DNA from: a virus
Lineage: Duplodnaviria; Caudoviricetes
IMG/VR virus record: IMGVR_UViG_3300027804_000001
Coordinates: 1 to 64,000 of that record
Length of the DNA stretch: 64,000 nt
Reading direction: 5' to 3' (one strand)
Part shown: positions 1 to 10,026 of the stretch, one piece after another
How positions within the stretch are numbered: the stretch's first letter is position 1
Layout of the letters: the number at the start of each line of letters is the position of its first letter
Notes under the pieces: model-generated
Told to the model about the DNA's origin: nothing
The model's input: only the letters and a program-made list of their open reading frames with translations
The model's database searches: none
Translations under genes and position numbers: made by a program

Positions 1-205
1 GATCCGCTAGAACCTGATGTTCCTGATGTTCCGCTAGTACCACTTGTTCCCGCCGTTCCCGATGAACCACTAGTTCCGCTTGATCCGCTAGAACCTGATG
101 TTCCTGATGTTCCGCTAGTACCACTTGTTCCCGCCGTTCCCGATGAACCACTAGTTCCGCTTGATCCGCTAGAACCTGATGTTCCTGATGTTCCGCTAGT
201 ACCAC
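1..205. repeat. 81-bp tandem repeat (about 2.5 copies) inside the collagen-like gene
   Basis: GATCCGCTAGAACCTGATGTTCC... restarts at 1, 82 and 163. Confidence 0.9.
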
Positions 206-2558
206 TTGAACCCGATGTTCCCGAAGAACCGTTAGAACCTGAACTTCCGCTCGTTCCTGACGTTCCACTTGTTCCTGAGGAACCATTAGAACCACTCGTT
301 CCTGATGTACCAGAAGAACCCGAATTACCTGATGTTCCACTTGATCCGTCTAAACCACTAGTTCCCGAAGAACCATTAGAACCTGATGTTCCATTACTTC
401 CTGAAGAACCTGATGTTCCACTTGTACCTGATGAACCAGATGTTCCTGATGTACCATCAATACCACTAGTACCTGAAGTACCTGAACCACCACCCGAAAT
501 TGCATTTGGTGTTATATCAATGTATGTTCCACCTGGAACACCAACTACGGTAGAACTATTTGTCCATGTGGTTGTTGTTGTTATTTGTACAGAATATGTT
601 GAATTATTCGGCCAAGATGCAAAATATCCATAAAATTCATATGATGTGGTACTAACTTGAACAACTCTTATTGATGACGGAGATGTTGAACTTGTACCCA
701 AATTAGTATCTCTTGTTGCACCACCATTACCATAAAATCCCCCGTTATTTGATGAACCATTTGATGTTGCAAAGAATAATTCTGTTAATTGATTTTGAAC
801 AAATCCCGCATTAAACCCTGCATGACCAACAATTGTCATATGTAATGTTGACCCATTTTGTGCTGTTGACCAAGTACCTAATTTAATCCATGTTGCAGAG
901 CCACTATCGGGTAAATCATATGCAACATTTCCACTACTTCCTGATGAACCCGAACTACCACTTGTACCGGATGAACCAGTACCCCCACTAGTACCTGATG
1001 TACCACTTGTACCTGAACTTCCATCTGTACCTGAGGTCCCATCAATACCACTAGTACCTGAAGTACCAGATTCTCCACTAGTACCTGAAGTACCAGATTC
1101 TCCACTAGTACCTGAAGTACCTGAAGTACCAGATTCTCCACTAGTACCACTTGTACCTGACCAACCATTTATTTGGGTTACCATCATAAAACACTGACTC
1201 GTAGCAAAATCACCAGTTGAATTAGCAAAAGTACTTCTTAGGGTTACTTGTGTTGTTCCTGTTGTGACAATAATTGCCTCCGCCGATGATTGCCAAGCAG
1301 CTGAGGCACTGCTATTAACGACTATTACAGCTCCTGTGTTTCCTATTAAAGTATTACTTGCGGTTACATTTATCCATTGATATTGTACTTCAGCGTTATT
1401 TATAGAATTGGCAAGTGCGAACGAAGCTGATAATTTATACGTCTTATTTGCTGCTAAGGTTATAATACCATTAGTGTCATTATATGATACCGAACCATTA
1501 GATGTTACTGTACCAGATAATACAAAATTATTTCCAGTTGAAGGTATTGTTGCGGTTGTTGGCTTGAAATATAGCCAATCATTGTCTACGTAACCCGAAG
1601 TACCACTTGTTCCTGCAGTACCACTAGTACCTGATGAACCACTAGTTCCTGAACTACCATTTGACCCACTTGTACCTGAACTGCCGTTATCACCTGATGT
1701 TCCACTTGATCCGTCTAAACCACTTGTTCCTGATGTTCCATCTAAACCTGATGTTCCTGATGAACCATCATTACCACTTGTACCTGATGTACCAGCAGTT
1801 CCCGATGCTGCAATTAAAGTCCAATAATCATCCCCACCACCATCAATGTAACCACCAAATGGACCATAACCAGATGGTGCATATCGAATACAATACCAAG
1901 TTTCACCACCGTGAGTTACAACGGCACCTATATCATAAATTTGACCACCAGACCACGGACCTAAAAAGTTCCATAATGCATCGGCTCCTGAGGTACCAGA
2001 TGTTCCACTTGATCCCGAATTACCACTTGTACCTGATGTTCCTGAACTACCGTCACTTCCACTAGTACCTGAAGAACCGTTAGAACCATTTATACCACTT
2101 GTTCCTGAACTACCATTACTTCCTGACGTTCCGTCTATACCATTTAATCCCGATGTTCCTGAACTACCGTTTATACCACTAGTTCCTGACGTACCATCTA
2201 TACCGCTGGTACCTGAAGAACCATTATTACCCGATGTTCCTGAACTACCGTTTATACCACTGGTTCCCGAACTACCATTTGTTCCACTAAAACCACTAGT
2301 TCCTGACGAGCCATTACTACCTGATACTCCCGAAGAACCAGAACTACCATTAGAACCTGATGTTCCACTACTTCCGTTTGACCCTGAAGTACCTGACGTT
2401 CCGGATGAACCGGAAGTACCTGAAGTTTGTGAATTTCCCAATATGGTTTCACGAGTTACTTTATAAGTGGTTGTTTCACCACTATTATTCATAATAAAAT
2501 ATGCTCCTGTTGTGTCTCCAGTGAATAATGGTAATTCGTTTACTTTTTTATTGTTCAT
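1..2558 (-). CDS. Collagen-like G-X-Y (G-T-S/G-S-S) repeat fibre protein with interspersed globular domains; 3' end lies outside the window
   Basis: ATG at 2558 (MNNKKVNELPLFTGDTTG...); frame checked at 1-23, 480-530 and 600-647 and is open; long GTSGSSGTSG runs alternate with non-repetitive beta-rich segments. Absent from the ORF track because no stop falls in the window. Confidence 0.85.
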   Translation of the reverse strand, partial: MNNKKVNELPLFTGDTTGAYFIMNNSGETTTYKVTRETILGNSQTSGTSGSSGTSGTSGSNGSSGTSGSNGSSGSSGVSGSNGSSGTSGFSGTNGSSGTSGINGSSGTSGNNGSSGTSGIDGTSGTSGINGSSGTSGLNGIDGTSGSNGSSGTSGINGSNGSSGTSGSDGSSGTSGTSGNSGSSGTSGTSGADALWNFLGPWSGGQIYDIGAVVTHGGETWYCIRYAPSGYGPFGGYIDGGGDDYWTLIAASGTAGTSGTSGNDGSSGTSGLDGTSGTSGLDGSSGTSGDNGSSGTSGSNGSSGTSGSSGTSGTAGTSGTSGYVDNDWLYFKPTTATIPSTGNNFVLSGTVTSNGSVSYNDTNGIITLAANKTYKLSASFALANSINNAEVQYQWINVTASNTLIGNTGAVIVVNSSASAAWQSSAEAIIVTTGTTQVTLRSTFANSTGDFATSQCFMMVTQINGWSGTSGTSGESGTSGTSGTSGESGTSGTSGESGTSGTSGIDGTSGTDGSSGTSGTSGTSGGTGSSGTSGSSGSSGSSGNVAYDLPDSGSATWIKLGTWSTAQNGSTLHMTIVGHAGFNAGFVQNQLTELFFATSNGSSNNGGFYGNGGATRDTNLGTSSTSPSSIRVVQVSTTSYEFYGYFASWPNNSTYSVQITTTTTWTNSSTVVGVPGGTYIDITPNAISGGGSGTSGTSGIDGTSGTSGSSGTSGTSGSSGSNGTSGSNGSSGTSGLDGSSGTSGNSGSSGTSGTSGSNGSSGTSGTSGTSGSSGSNGSSGTSGSSGTSGTSGTSGSSGSSGTSGSSGTAGTSGTSGTSGTSGSSGSSGTSGSSGTAGTSGTSGTSGTSGSSG

Positions 2559-2575
2559 TTAAGATAAATATTTTT

Positions 2576-2863
2576 TTAATGTTGATATTGTATACACTCT
2601 TCGTTTTGTGTTAGTATTGAAAATTCGTCTTGTGTTAAAATGGTATAATCACAATAAGAAGTTATAACAATCTCATTAATATTTGGTAATATATAATCTT
2701 TCAAATCAGTACTATAATCCAATTCCACATCAAAATACTCAGAATAATCCAACACAACATCAACCCAACCTGTTTTATCTATGATAAAATCATAAGTTTC
2801 TGAATTATCTAATTTTAAATCTAATTTTGACCCATAAAATTTTAAAATATTCTGTCCTGACAT
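2576..2863 (-). CDS. Hypothetical protein
   Basis: 95-aa ORF, TATTTATA motif 5 nt upstream, directly precedes the fibre gene. Confidence 0.65.
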   Translation of the reverse strand: MSGQNILKFYGSKLDLKLDNSETYDFIIDKTGWVDVVLDYSEYFDVELDYSTDLKDYILPNINEIVITSYCDYTILTQDEFSILTQNEECIQYQH

Positions 2864-2916
2864 ATTTCTATAAATATCTTTCTTTCTATTTGATATTTAT
2901 ATAAAAAACCATTTAG

Positions 2917-3663
2917 ATGAATAATTTAATTAAAGGGATTATAGAAGAAAAATTTGCTTCTAAAGCACAACAAAGATTCTTCTATGCACAAGCCGGAAAA
3001 GGTGGTAAAAAGGGTAAAAAATGGTCCAAATGGGCTAAAGAATTTTCAAATAAGACTGATTTCGATGAAATTCCTGATAAAGTAGAAAAAGAGGAAGATA
3101 TAGAAGAAATTGTAGATAAGAAAGGAAACATCAGTAGAAGTAAAAAACCATCTAATTTAAGTTCTAAAGGTGTAACCCAAAGAAAAACAAGTGACGATGT
3201 TATAAAAACAGGTGCAGGTAGTATGGGTATACATGGTGTTCACGGTACACATACTTCTTTAAGGTATTGGGCGGAATCTGATATGAGTAAAGCATTAGGT
3301 TTTAAAGACACAATGGGTAAAGACGAAGACTTTGATGATGCCGAAAAACATTTTGAAAAGGAATTAGGTTTACCTGATGATGAAGCAAAAGAAAGAATGG
3401 GTCAAATGGGTTACGATGAAAAATTACCAGATGATAAAGTGAGATTGGTTGAAAATCCTAAAAAATTTATGGAAGAATACATCGAAAGTGTTTTATCAAA
3501 AAAGAACGTTAGTAATGATATCGTGACAAAAGAAAGTGAACCAACAGAAGAAAAAGAAATTAATCCAATATTATTAAAACAATTATCCTCACTAAAAAAC
3601 TCTTTAAAAAAGAATAATTTGAATGTAGATGATGTTTTAAAACATTTAAAAAACGATGAATAA
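2917..3663 (+). CDS. Hypothetical, probably virion-associated protein
   Basis: 248-aa ORF, upstream TATTTATA (2894-2901), FASKAQQRFFYA motif, charged composition. Confidence 0.75.
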   Translation: MNNLIKGIIEEKFASKAQQRFFYAQAGKGGKKGKKWSKWAKEFSNKTDFDEIPDKVEKEEDIEEIVDKKGNISRSKKPSNLSSKGVTQRKTSDDVIKTGAGSMGIHGVHGTHTSLRYWAESDMSKALGFKDTMGKDEDFDDAEKHFEKELGLPDDEAKERMGQMGYDEKLPDDKVRLVENPKKFMEEYIESVLSKKNVSNDIVTKESEPTEEKEINPILLKQLSSLKNSLKKNNLNVDDVLKHLKNDE

Positions 3664-4150
3664 AGACTTAAAAAATAGTTTTTTTGATATTCCTCAAAAC
3701 ATATTAGATCAAATAAATTCAAGTTTACAAAATTTAAATGGTCAACATGTTGATGGTGTTCATCGTGCAAAAAAACTTTTAAATGATAAGAAGGTAAAAT
3801 ATGGTCAATTAAAAAAGATTATTCATGATATTAGTAACATGGATAAACAAAAAGATTTATTAAAATATAATTTATGTGGTGGAGAAAGAATGGAAAAATG
3901 GTCAAAACAACATTTGAAAGGTGAAAGAGATTTAATAAGTAATAGAAAAGATTCAAAAAAACAAGCGGATGAGATTGGTGGGATAACCGGAGAAAGAAAA
4001 AACTCACATCTTAAAAAACACACAAAGAATTTCAGTTTTAAAATACCCATCAATTTAATTAAAAGTAATTCAGATAAAACATCAATTTCACCAATAACAT
4101 CTTTGAAATTGTTTGAAGAAGTAGAAAGAATAAAAAAATTAATGTTATAA
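3656..4150 (+). CDS. Hypothetical protein with C-terminal EEVERIKKLM motif
   Basis: 164-aa ORF overlapping the previous stop. Confidence 0.75.
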   Translation: MNKDLKNSFFDIPQNILDQINSSLQNLNGQHVDGVHRAKKLLNDKKVKYGQLKKIIHDISNMDKQKDLLKYNLCGGERMEKWSKQHLKGERDLISNRKDSKKQADEIGGITGERKNSHLKKHTKNFSFKIPINLIKSNSDKTSISPITSLKLFEEVERIKKLML

Positions 4151-4151
4151 T

Positions 4152-4787
4152 ATGGCAACACAATTAGAAATATTAGCGGAACAATTTAGAAAAGAACATA
4201 TATCTAAAAACATATATGATACCGATGGTGCATATAGTTCAAATCATCGTAATGCAAATTCGGATGGTGATGAAAAAGGAAAAAATGAAATCGGTAGCTC
4301 TGTAGACATTCAAAATAGAATATCAAACTTGACAAGAAATACGTATGATGAAAATAACAGTTATGGTGTAAATCATCGTAATGCAAATTCGGATGGTGAT
4401 GAAAAAGGAAAAAATGAAATCGGTAGTTCTGTAGATATATCAAGTAGAAACGAATTAATTGCAAGAAACGGATACAATCCAAATAATGGATATGGAATAA
4501 ATCATCCCAATGCACTATCTAGTGGTGATGAACCAGGTAAAGGTGAAAATAATAATAATGTTGGTGGGTTAACCGACATCAATGCCAGAATTGACAATAC
4601 AGGTAGAAACATTTATAATAAGAATAATTTATATAATTCCACACATCCAAATGCACTTTCAAATGGTGATGATAAAGGTAAAGGAGAATTAGATAATAGT
4701 GTTGGCTCATCTTTCGATATAAACACGAGAATTGAAAGTATATCAAGAAACAAATACGGAGAAACAAAAAGATATCCAGATTTTTAA
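4152..4787 (+). CDS. Asn/Gly-rich protein with four ~43-aa repeats (HxNAxSxGDxxGK)
   Basis: Repeats visible in translation; exact 57-bp duplication at 4241-4297 and 4370-4426. Confidence 0.8.
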   Translation: MATQLEILAEQFRKEHISKNIYDTDGAYSSNHRNANSDGDEKGKNEIGSSVDIQNRISNLTRNTYDENNSYGVNHRNANSDGDEKGKNEIGSSVDISSRNELIARNGYNPNNGYGINHPNALSSGDEPGKGENNNNVGGLTDINARIDNTGRNIYNKNNLYNSTHPNALSNGDDKGKGELDNSVGSSFDINTRIESISRNKYGETKRYPDF

Positions 4788-5680
4788 TGTCATTTAAAAT
4801 AACAAACATATTATTAGAACAACCGTCTGGCAAAAAATCCAAACCAATTATTAGTGCAATAAAAAATAGGAATCCAGTTACATTTTATTATTCGGGTAAG
4901 TCATCATCTGAAAAAGATAGTGTTAAAAGGGGTGTAAGGGTTAGAGCAGAAATTGTTGCATATGGATTGAGTAAAAAGGGTAATGAAATTGTTAGAGCTT
5001 ATATTCAACCACCTTCAGTTTCTAAAAAAGGTTATGACAAAACAAATTGGAGAACATTTATTATTGATAAAATGTCAAATATAAATGTTTTAACTGACGA
5101 AACATTTGATATAAAAAGACCAGGTTATAAAGAAGGTGCGGAATCTAATAGAGGACCAATGGTCACAACATATGTAACATCAGATTGGAGTAAAACACCG
5201 GATGTAAAACCAAAAGAAACACCACCAACACCTGAACCAAAACCAATTACTAAACCAAGTAAAGAACCTTTACCACAACCAAAAGTTGGTGATAAACCAA
5301 CGCCTACTCCACAACAACCAAAAGATCATGTTGGTGATATTTTTAAAACATTAAAACCTTTAGATATTGATGGTAACAAAGTTATCACAACCCAAGACTA
5401 TCAAAAAGCAGTAACAGACTTATATAAGAAAAAAGAAAATGACTGGAAACTATCTCAAAGAGAATTAGGTAAAAATGAAAAACCTGGTGAGGGTACAAGA
5501 AAAAGATTTGAGTTGGATTCAAACAAAGAACTTTCAAACATGTTAAATAAAAATAATGTTGCAGTTTCTGATAAAACACCTGAACCAACACCCGAACCTA
5601 CTCCTGAACAAAATCCTGAAAATGAACCATTACAGGAATCAATATCAAGAATAAAATCTTTAATGTTGTTAATTAATTAA
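4787..5680 (+). CDS. WYL-like domain protein (no HTH) with Pro-rich linker and C-terminal ESISRIKSLM motif
   Basis: N-terminal AIKNRNPVTFYY...WRTFIIDKMSNINV...ETF resembles the WYL domain consensus. Confidence 0.6.
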   Translation: MSFKITNILLEQPSGKKSKPIISAIKNRNPVTFYYSGKSSSEKDSVKRGVRVRAEIVAYGLSKKGNEIVRAYIQPPSVSKKGYDKTNWRTFIIDKMSNINVLTDETFDIKRPGYKEGAESNRGPMVTTYVTSDWSKTPDVKPKETPPTPEPKPITKPSKEPLPQPKVGDKPTPTPQQPKDHVGDIFKTLKPLDIDGNKVITTQDYQKAVTDLYKKKENDWKLSQRELGKNEKPGEGTRKRFELDSNKELSNMLNKNNVAVSDKTPEPTPEPTPEQNPENEPLQESISRIKSLMLLIN

Positions 5681-5706
5681 TTATATTTTTTAAAAAAGAA
5701 GATAAG

Positions 5707-6294
5707 ATGTCACAACAGCAATTTATAAACGGACCAATATCAGCAGACAGTTTAATGTCAAAATTAGTTCAAGCAAAAAAAGTTATGAGTAAGGTTGATA
5801 CCGGAAATTATGAAACAGGTAATATAAACGAAACAATATTAAGAAGTGATCCTGAACAATTAGCCAACACCCAAGCAACTCAACCACCATCAACAAGACC
5901 TGTTGGTGGTCCGGTTACTGTTGACAAAATAAAAAATTCAAAATTACCCGACGCAATAAAACAAGCCATGATAGATAGTCCAATTCCACAAATTTCATTA
6001 AGTGAAACATTGGATATGGATTTTGTTAAAGGGGCGAAAAGATTAATGGAACAAGAGGGTGTACAATCAAAAAAACAAACAACACAACCAAAAATTCAAA
6101 CAATACCAACACAAGGTGTTGATATGAATGCAATTGCGGTTTTAATTGAAAACACAGTTAGAAAAGTTTTAGACGAAAAATTAAATCAAATACTTACAGC
6201 ACAACAAACACAATCTATAAATGAAAATTTAGTATTAAAGGTTGGTGATTCCATTTTTAAAGGGAAAATCACAGGTGTAAATAAAAGCAAGTAA
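5707..6294 (+). CDS. Hypothetical protein
   Basis: 195-aa ORF in operon-like arrangement. Confidence 0.75.
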   Translation: MSQQQFINGPISADSLMSKLVQAKKVMSKVDTGNYETGNINETILRSDPEQLANTQATQPPSTRPVGGPVTVDKIKNSKLPDAIKQAMIDSPIPQISLSETLDMDFVKGAKRLMEQEGVQSKKQTTQPKIQTIPTQGVDMNAIAVLIENTVRKVLDEKLNQILTAQQTQSINENLVLKVGDSIFKGKITGVNKSK

Positions 6295-6842
6295 TGAGTA
6301 TTGAGAATATACACCTACTACACGCGGGTAGAGGTACATATTTTGATAGAACAATCAACATTTTTTCTTGGAGTGACAAATTTCACATCTATTTAGGAAG
6401 TTACGTATCTATTGGTAGAGATTGTAACTTTTTTTTACATGCCAATCATAGAACAGATTGGATTACAACAAGTTCACAATTATGGGGACCGGTGTCAGAT
6501 GATGTTGCTGATATGCATATGAGAATAGGACACCCTACTTGTAATGGCGATATTCATGTTGGTAATGACGTTTGGATTGGTGCTAAGGCAACTGTAATGT
6601 CAGGCGTCAAAATAAACGATGGTGCAGTTGTTGCTGCGTGTTCTGTCGTAACAAAAGATGTTCCACCTTATGCAATTGTGGGTGGTAATCCCGCAAAAAT
6701 TATCAAATATAGATTCACAGAAGAACAAATAGATTCTCTTTTAAAAATAAAATGGTGGGAATGGGAAGAACAGAAAATAAAAGAAGAAGCAATGAATATG
6801 TGGTCTACCGACATAAATGAATTCATAAAAAAACATTTATAG
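6294..6842 (+). CDS. Hexapeptide-repeat O-acetyltransferase (CatB/Vat/xenobiotic acyltransferase family)
   Basis: GDIHVGNDVWIGAKATVMSGVKINDGAVVAACSVVTKDVPPYAIVGGNPAKIIKYRF and C-terminal KWWEW. Confidence 0.9.
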   Translation: MSIENIHLLHAGRGTYFDRTINIFSWSDKFHIYLGSYVSIGRDCNFFLHANHRTDWITTSSQLWGPVSDDVADMHMRIGHPTCNGDIHVGNDVWIGAKATVMSGVKINDGAVVAACSVVTKDVPPYAIVGGNPAKIIKYRFTEEQIDSLLKIKWWEWEEQKIKEEAMNMWSTDINEFIKKHL

Positions 6843-6888
6843 TTTTGTTTTTCGGTTTTTTTTATGTATTTTTTAGACATATAATGAT

Positions 6889-8121
6889 ATGATAATGTCT
6901 AAGATTAGAATACTTGCAATACCATCCGATAATCACGGAGTTGGTAAATATAGAATGTTGGATCCATACAAATACATTGGTGAAAACTACGATAATGAAT
7001 TTCATGTGGATATTGCGTTTGAGGTACCAAACCAAGATAAATTTTTCGAAAACTATGATATTGTCGTTTTTCATAGTTTTATTCATAAAACATCTCACGA
7101 GGATAATATTGAAAGAATAAAATGGTTAAAATCTAAAGGAATAAAAACCATTATTGATATAGATGATATGTGGAATGTTGACCCAAAACATCCAATGTAC
7201 ATACAAATTAAAAAGAATAATATCCCACAAAAAAAAGTTGAGATGTTAAAACTTTCTGATTATGTATCAACAACCACTCCCATATTTGCAAATACCATTA
7301 CACAAAGATTAGGTGTAAAAAATGTAATGGTTTTTCCTAATGCAATAGATGAAAATGAACCACAATTTATTTCAAAACCCGAAAAATCTGAAAAAGTAAG
7401 GTTTGGTTGGTTAGGAGGGTCATCACATTTACCAGACATTCAATTATTGGAAAATGGTATATCCTCAACACACAATGCGTTTAAAAATAAAGTTCAATTT
7501 GTTCTTTGTGGTTTTGATACCAGAGGTTCTGTAACTGAAATTGATAAAACAACAAATCAAGAAAGAAGGAGACAAATTTTACCACATGAAACTGTGTGGT
7601 TTAAATATGAAAACATTTTTACAGACAAATACAAAGTAATAGACGAAGATTATAGGAAATATCTTCTTAATTTTATGGAAACACCATTTAATGATGAAGA
7701 TAAACCATATCGAAGAAGGTGGACAAAGGACATAACAAAGTATGCAACAAATTATAATTTATTTGATGTTTCTTTGGCTCCTTTAGTTGAAAATGAATTT
7801 AATTCTAATAAATCACAACTAAAAATTATTGAAGCGGGTTTTCATAAAAAAGCGGTAATTGCTAGTGGTGTTAATCCATATTCATTAGATTTAATTTCCG
7901 CAGTAGACCAAGGTGTTTTTAATGATAAAGGAAATGCACTAATTGTTCAACCATCTAAAAATCATAAAGATTGGGCGAAACAAATGAAACGTCTAATTGA
8001 AAACCCCAACATGATTGAGGATTTGGGTAATAGACTATACGAAACAGTTAAAGACAAATATTCACTTAAAAACGTATCAAAAAATAGAGTAGAATTTTTT
8101 AAAACAATAATTAACAAATAA
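6889..8121 (+). CDS. Glycosyltransferase, GT-B fold (GT4-like)
   Basis: DIDDMW, FGWLGGSSHLPD, DVSLAPL..NEFN..KSQLKIIEAGF motifs. Confidence 0.8.
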   Translation: MIMSKIRILAIPSDNHGVGKYRMLDPYKYIGENYDNEFHVDIAFEVPNQDKFFENYDIVVFHSFIHKTSHEDNIERIKWLKSKGIKTIIDIDDMWNVDPKHPMYIQIKKNNIPQKKVEMLKLSDYVSTTTPIFANTITQRLGVKNVMVFPNAIDENEPQFISKPEKSEKVRFGWLGGSSHLPDIQLLENGISSTHNAFKNKVQFVLCGFDTRGSVTEIDKTTNQERRRQILPHETVWFKYENIFTDKYKVIDEDYRKYLLNFMETPFNDEDKPYRRRWTKDITKYATNYNLFDVSLAPLVENEFNSNKSQLKIIEAGFHKKAVIASGVNPYSLDLISAVDQGVFNDKGNALIVQPSKNHKDWAKQMKRLIENPNMIEDLGNRLYETVKDKYSLKNVSKNRVEFFKTIINK

Positions 8122-8134
8122 AAAAGAAAAAATC

Positions 8135-8365
8135 ATGCATTATTTAGTAACAATCGGTTATGAAACCGAACAAATGGACAGAAACGGTAATCCTCGTTTA
8201 CAAAAATTAAAGTATATTGTTGAAGCTGAAACAGTAGAAGAAGCAACAATTGTTGCCGCAAAGTATAGAGCGGGAGACGTTCGTTCAAGTGAGAGTATTT
8301 CAGTTGCAAAAATGGCAATTGAATGTATTATTGATCACAAAAATACACCCGAATATTATAAGTAA
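8135..8365 (+). CDS. Small protein, DUF4494-like
   Basis: YLV.IGYE...G....K.KYIVEAETVEEA resembles Bacteroidota DUF4494; recognition is weak. Confidence 0.45.
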   Translation: MHYLVTIGYETEQMDRNGNPRLQKLKYIVEAETVEEATIVAAKYRAGDVRSSESISVAKMAIECIIDHKNTPEYYK

Positions 8366-8385
8366 TATTCATAAACAAAAACTAA

Positions 8386-8613
8386 ATGGATTTCAACAGT
8401 AGAGATGTACAAATTTTAAGACAATCCCAAAGTAAATTAGCATTGGAATATCTTTCACAACAGGGTGTGTTAGTAACAGTAGAAGAATTACAAAGAGTAA
8501 CTGACGTATTTGTAGAATGTTGTTTAAGACCTATTGATAATGATTTAAGAGATAGACTTAAAAAATTAGATAAATGGATTTTAGATAAAAAACTCAAATC
8601 AAATGGAGAATGA
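8386..8613 (+). CDS. Hypothetical protein
   Basis: 75-aa ORF tightly packed with neighbours. Confidence 0.65.
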   Translation: MDFNSRDVQILRQSQSKLALEYLSQQGVLVTVEELQRVTDVFVECCLRPIDNDLRDRLKKLDKWILDKKLKSNGE

Positions 8614-9205
8614 TGAAATAAAAAATTATATCAATCAACTTAAAAATTTAGAAAAAAGTATTTTAAGTGATGACGATGATGATACAGATTTAAATTTTAT
8701 GGAAGAATTAAACACTATTCTAAGTAAATTAGATGAAGATGTTAAAAGTGATTTTTTTTCAACTAAAGGAATGGTTGTAAAAATCAAAAAACTTCATGAA
8801 AAAGCGGTTATACCAAAATACTCTAAACCAGGTGATGCTGGCATGGATTTAACAATAACTTCAATCATTTCAGAAACAACAACCGATGTGACTTACGGGT
8901 TTGGTGTTGCAATGGAGATACCAAGAGGATTTGTGGGATTAGTATTCCCAAGATCATCAGTAAGAAAATATGATTTGAGTTTAACTAATTGTGTTGGGGT
9001 AATTGATAGTGGATATCGAGGTGAATTACAAGCCACATTTAAAAAAACGAGTTGGTTAAAGGGGGAAAATTCAGAGAAATATGAAATAGGTGATAGAGGT
9101 GCACAAATAATGATTTTAGCATATCCCGAAATCGATTTTGTTGAATCAGACAACTTATCTAATACAGATAGAGGCGATGGTGGGTTTGGATCAACTGGTA
9201 AATAG
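8603..9205 (+). CDS. dut: Trimeric dUTPase with acidic N-terminal extension
   Basis: AGMDL, PRSS, GVIDSGYRGE, RGAQ and RGDGGFGSTG motifs. Confidence 0.95.
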   Translation: MENDEIKNYINQLKNLEKSILSDDDDDTDLNFMEELNTILSKLDEDVKSDFFSTKGMVVKIKKLHEKAVIPKYSKPGDAGMDLTITSIISETTTDVTYGFGVAMEIPRGFVGLVFPRSSVRKYDLSLTNCVGVIDSGYRGELQATFKKTSWLKGENSEKYEIGDRGAQIMILAYPEIDFVESDNLSNTDRGDGGFGSTGK

Positions 9206-9248
9206 AAAGTATTTATTCATATAACAACAATTATTAAAATTAAAAGCA

Positions 9249-9989
9249 TTGAGAGGAAAGAGTTCAAAAACGAGTAAACCCCAAAATTTGGGTACTACTA
9301 CAACAACAATAGAAGGTGTTACACCTAACAAGAGGAGAATTAGAGAGTTAGTGAAAAAACCAAAAGAAAAGTTTCTAACCAAATCACAAGAAGAATATTG
9401 GAACATTTTAGGTAATTCCGAAATAACTTTATGTTTTGGTCCTGCGGGTGTTGGTAAATCATATATAGCAATGAAAAAAGCTGTTGATTTATTATGGGAC
9501 GATTCTAACAAATATGAAAAAATTATAATTGTTAGACCAGCGGTTGAAGCCGAAGAAAAATTGGGTTCATTACCTGGTGGTTTAGAAGAAAAATTAGACC
9601 CATACATTTACCCCTCTTATTATTTATTAAACAAGATAATTGGTAAAGAGTCGAGAGAAAGATTAAAAGATGAAGGTTTTATTGAGATTGCGGCTTTGGC
9701 TTATATGAGAGGTTGGAATGTGGATAATACAATTTTAGTATTTGAAGAGGCTCAGAATGCAACACCAGCACAAATAAAATTATTATTGACTCGTATTGGA
9801 TTTAATTCTAAATTCTTTTTATCTGGTGACTTAGAACAATCGGATAAATTCAAAGACAAAACAAAAAGTGGTTTATATGATGCAAAACAAAGACTACATG
9901 ATGTAAAAGGTGTAGGTATATTTGAATTCGGCGACCAAGATATTGTTAGAAATCCAATTATCACACATATTTTAAAAAGATATGATTAA
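9249..9989 (+). CDS. phoH: PhoH-family ATPase
   Basis: GPAGVGKS Walker A, RPAVEAEEKLGSLPG, AYMRG, EEAQN, GDLEQSD, DIVRNP; TTG start. Confidence 0.95.
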   Translation: MRGKSSKTSKPQNLGTTTTTIEGVTPNKRRIRELVKKPKEKFLTKSQEEYWNILGNSEITLCFGPAGVGKSYIAMKKAVDLLWDDSNKYEKIIIVRPAVEAEEKLGSLPGGLEEKLDPYIYPSYYLLNKIIGKESRERLKDEGFIEIAALAYMRGWNVDNTILVFEEAQNATPAQIKLLLTRIGFNSKFFLSGDLEQSDKFKDKTKSGLYDAKQRLHDVKGVGIFEFGDQDIVRNPIITHILKRYD

Positions 9990-10026
9990 TCTTTACTTAT
10001 AAAATTAATCATATTATATTTTTTAA

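Noticed and set aside
1-480. Regular short repeats resembling a CRISPR array
   Set aside because: They are in-frame Gly-X-Y codon repeats with no constant repeat/unique spacer pattern; no cas genes are present.
878-2452. ORF-track entries 878-1168, 1408-1593, 1661-2065 and 2252-2452
   Set aside because: Off-frame or antisense shadows of the collagen-like repeats; the real gene is the - strand frame from 2558 that runs off the window.
2869-2901. T4-type TATAAATA late promoter on the sense strand
   Set aside because: Between tandem genes (18894, 25166, 29231, 34674, 44715) the sense-strand form is consistently TATTTAT(A), so the T4 orientation does not fit.
6294-6842. Antibiotic-resistance gene (CatB/Vat)
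   Set aside because: The hexapeptide fold is shared with sugar O-acetyltransferases, and the position next to a glycosyltransferase favours glycan acetylation.
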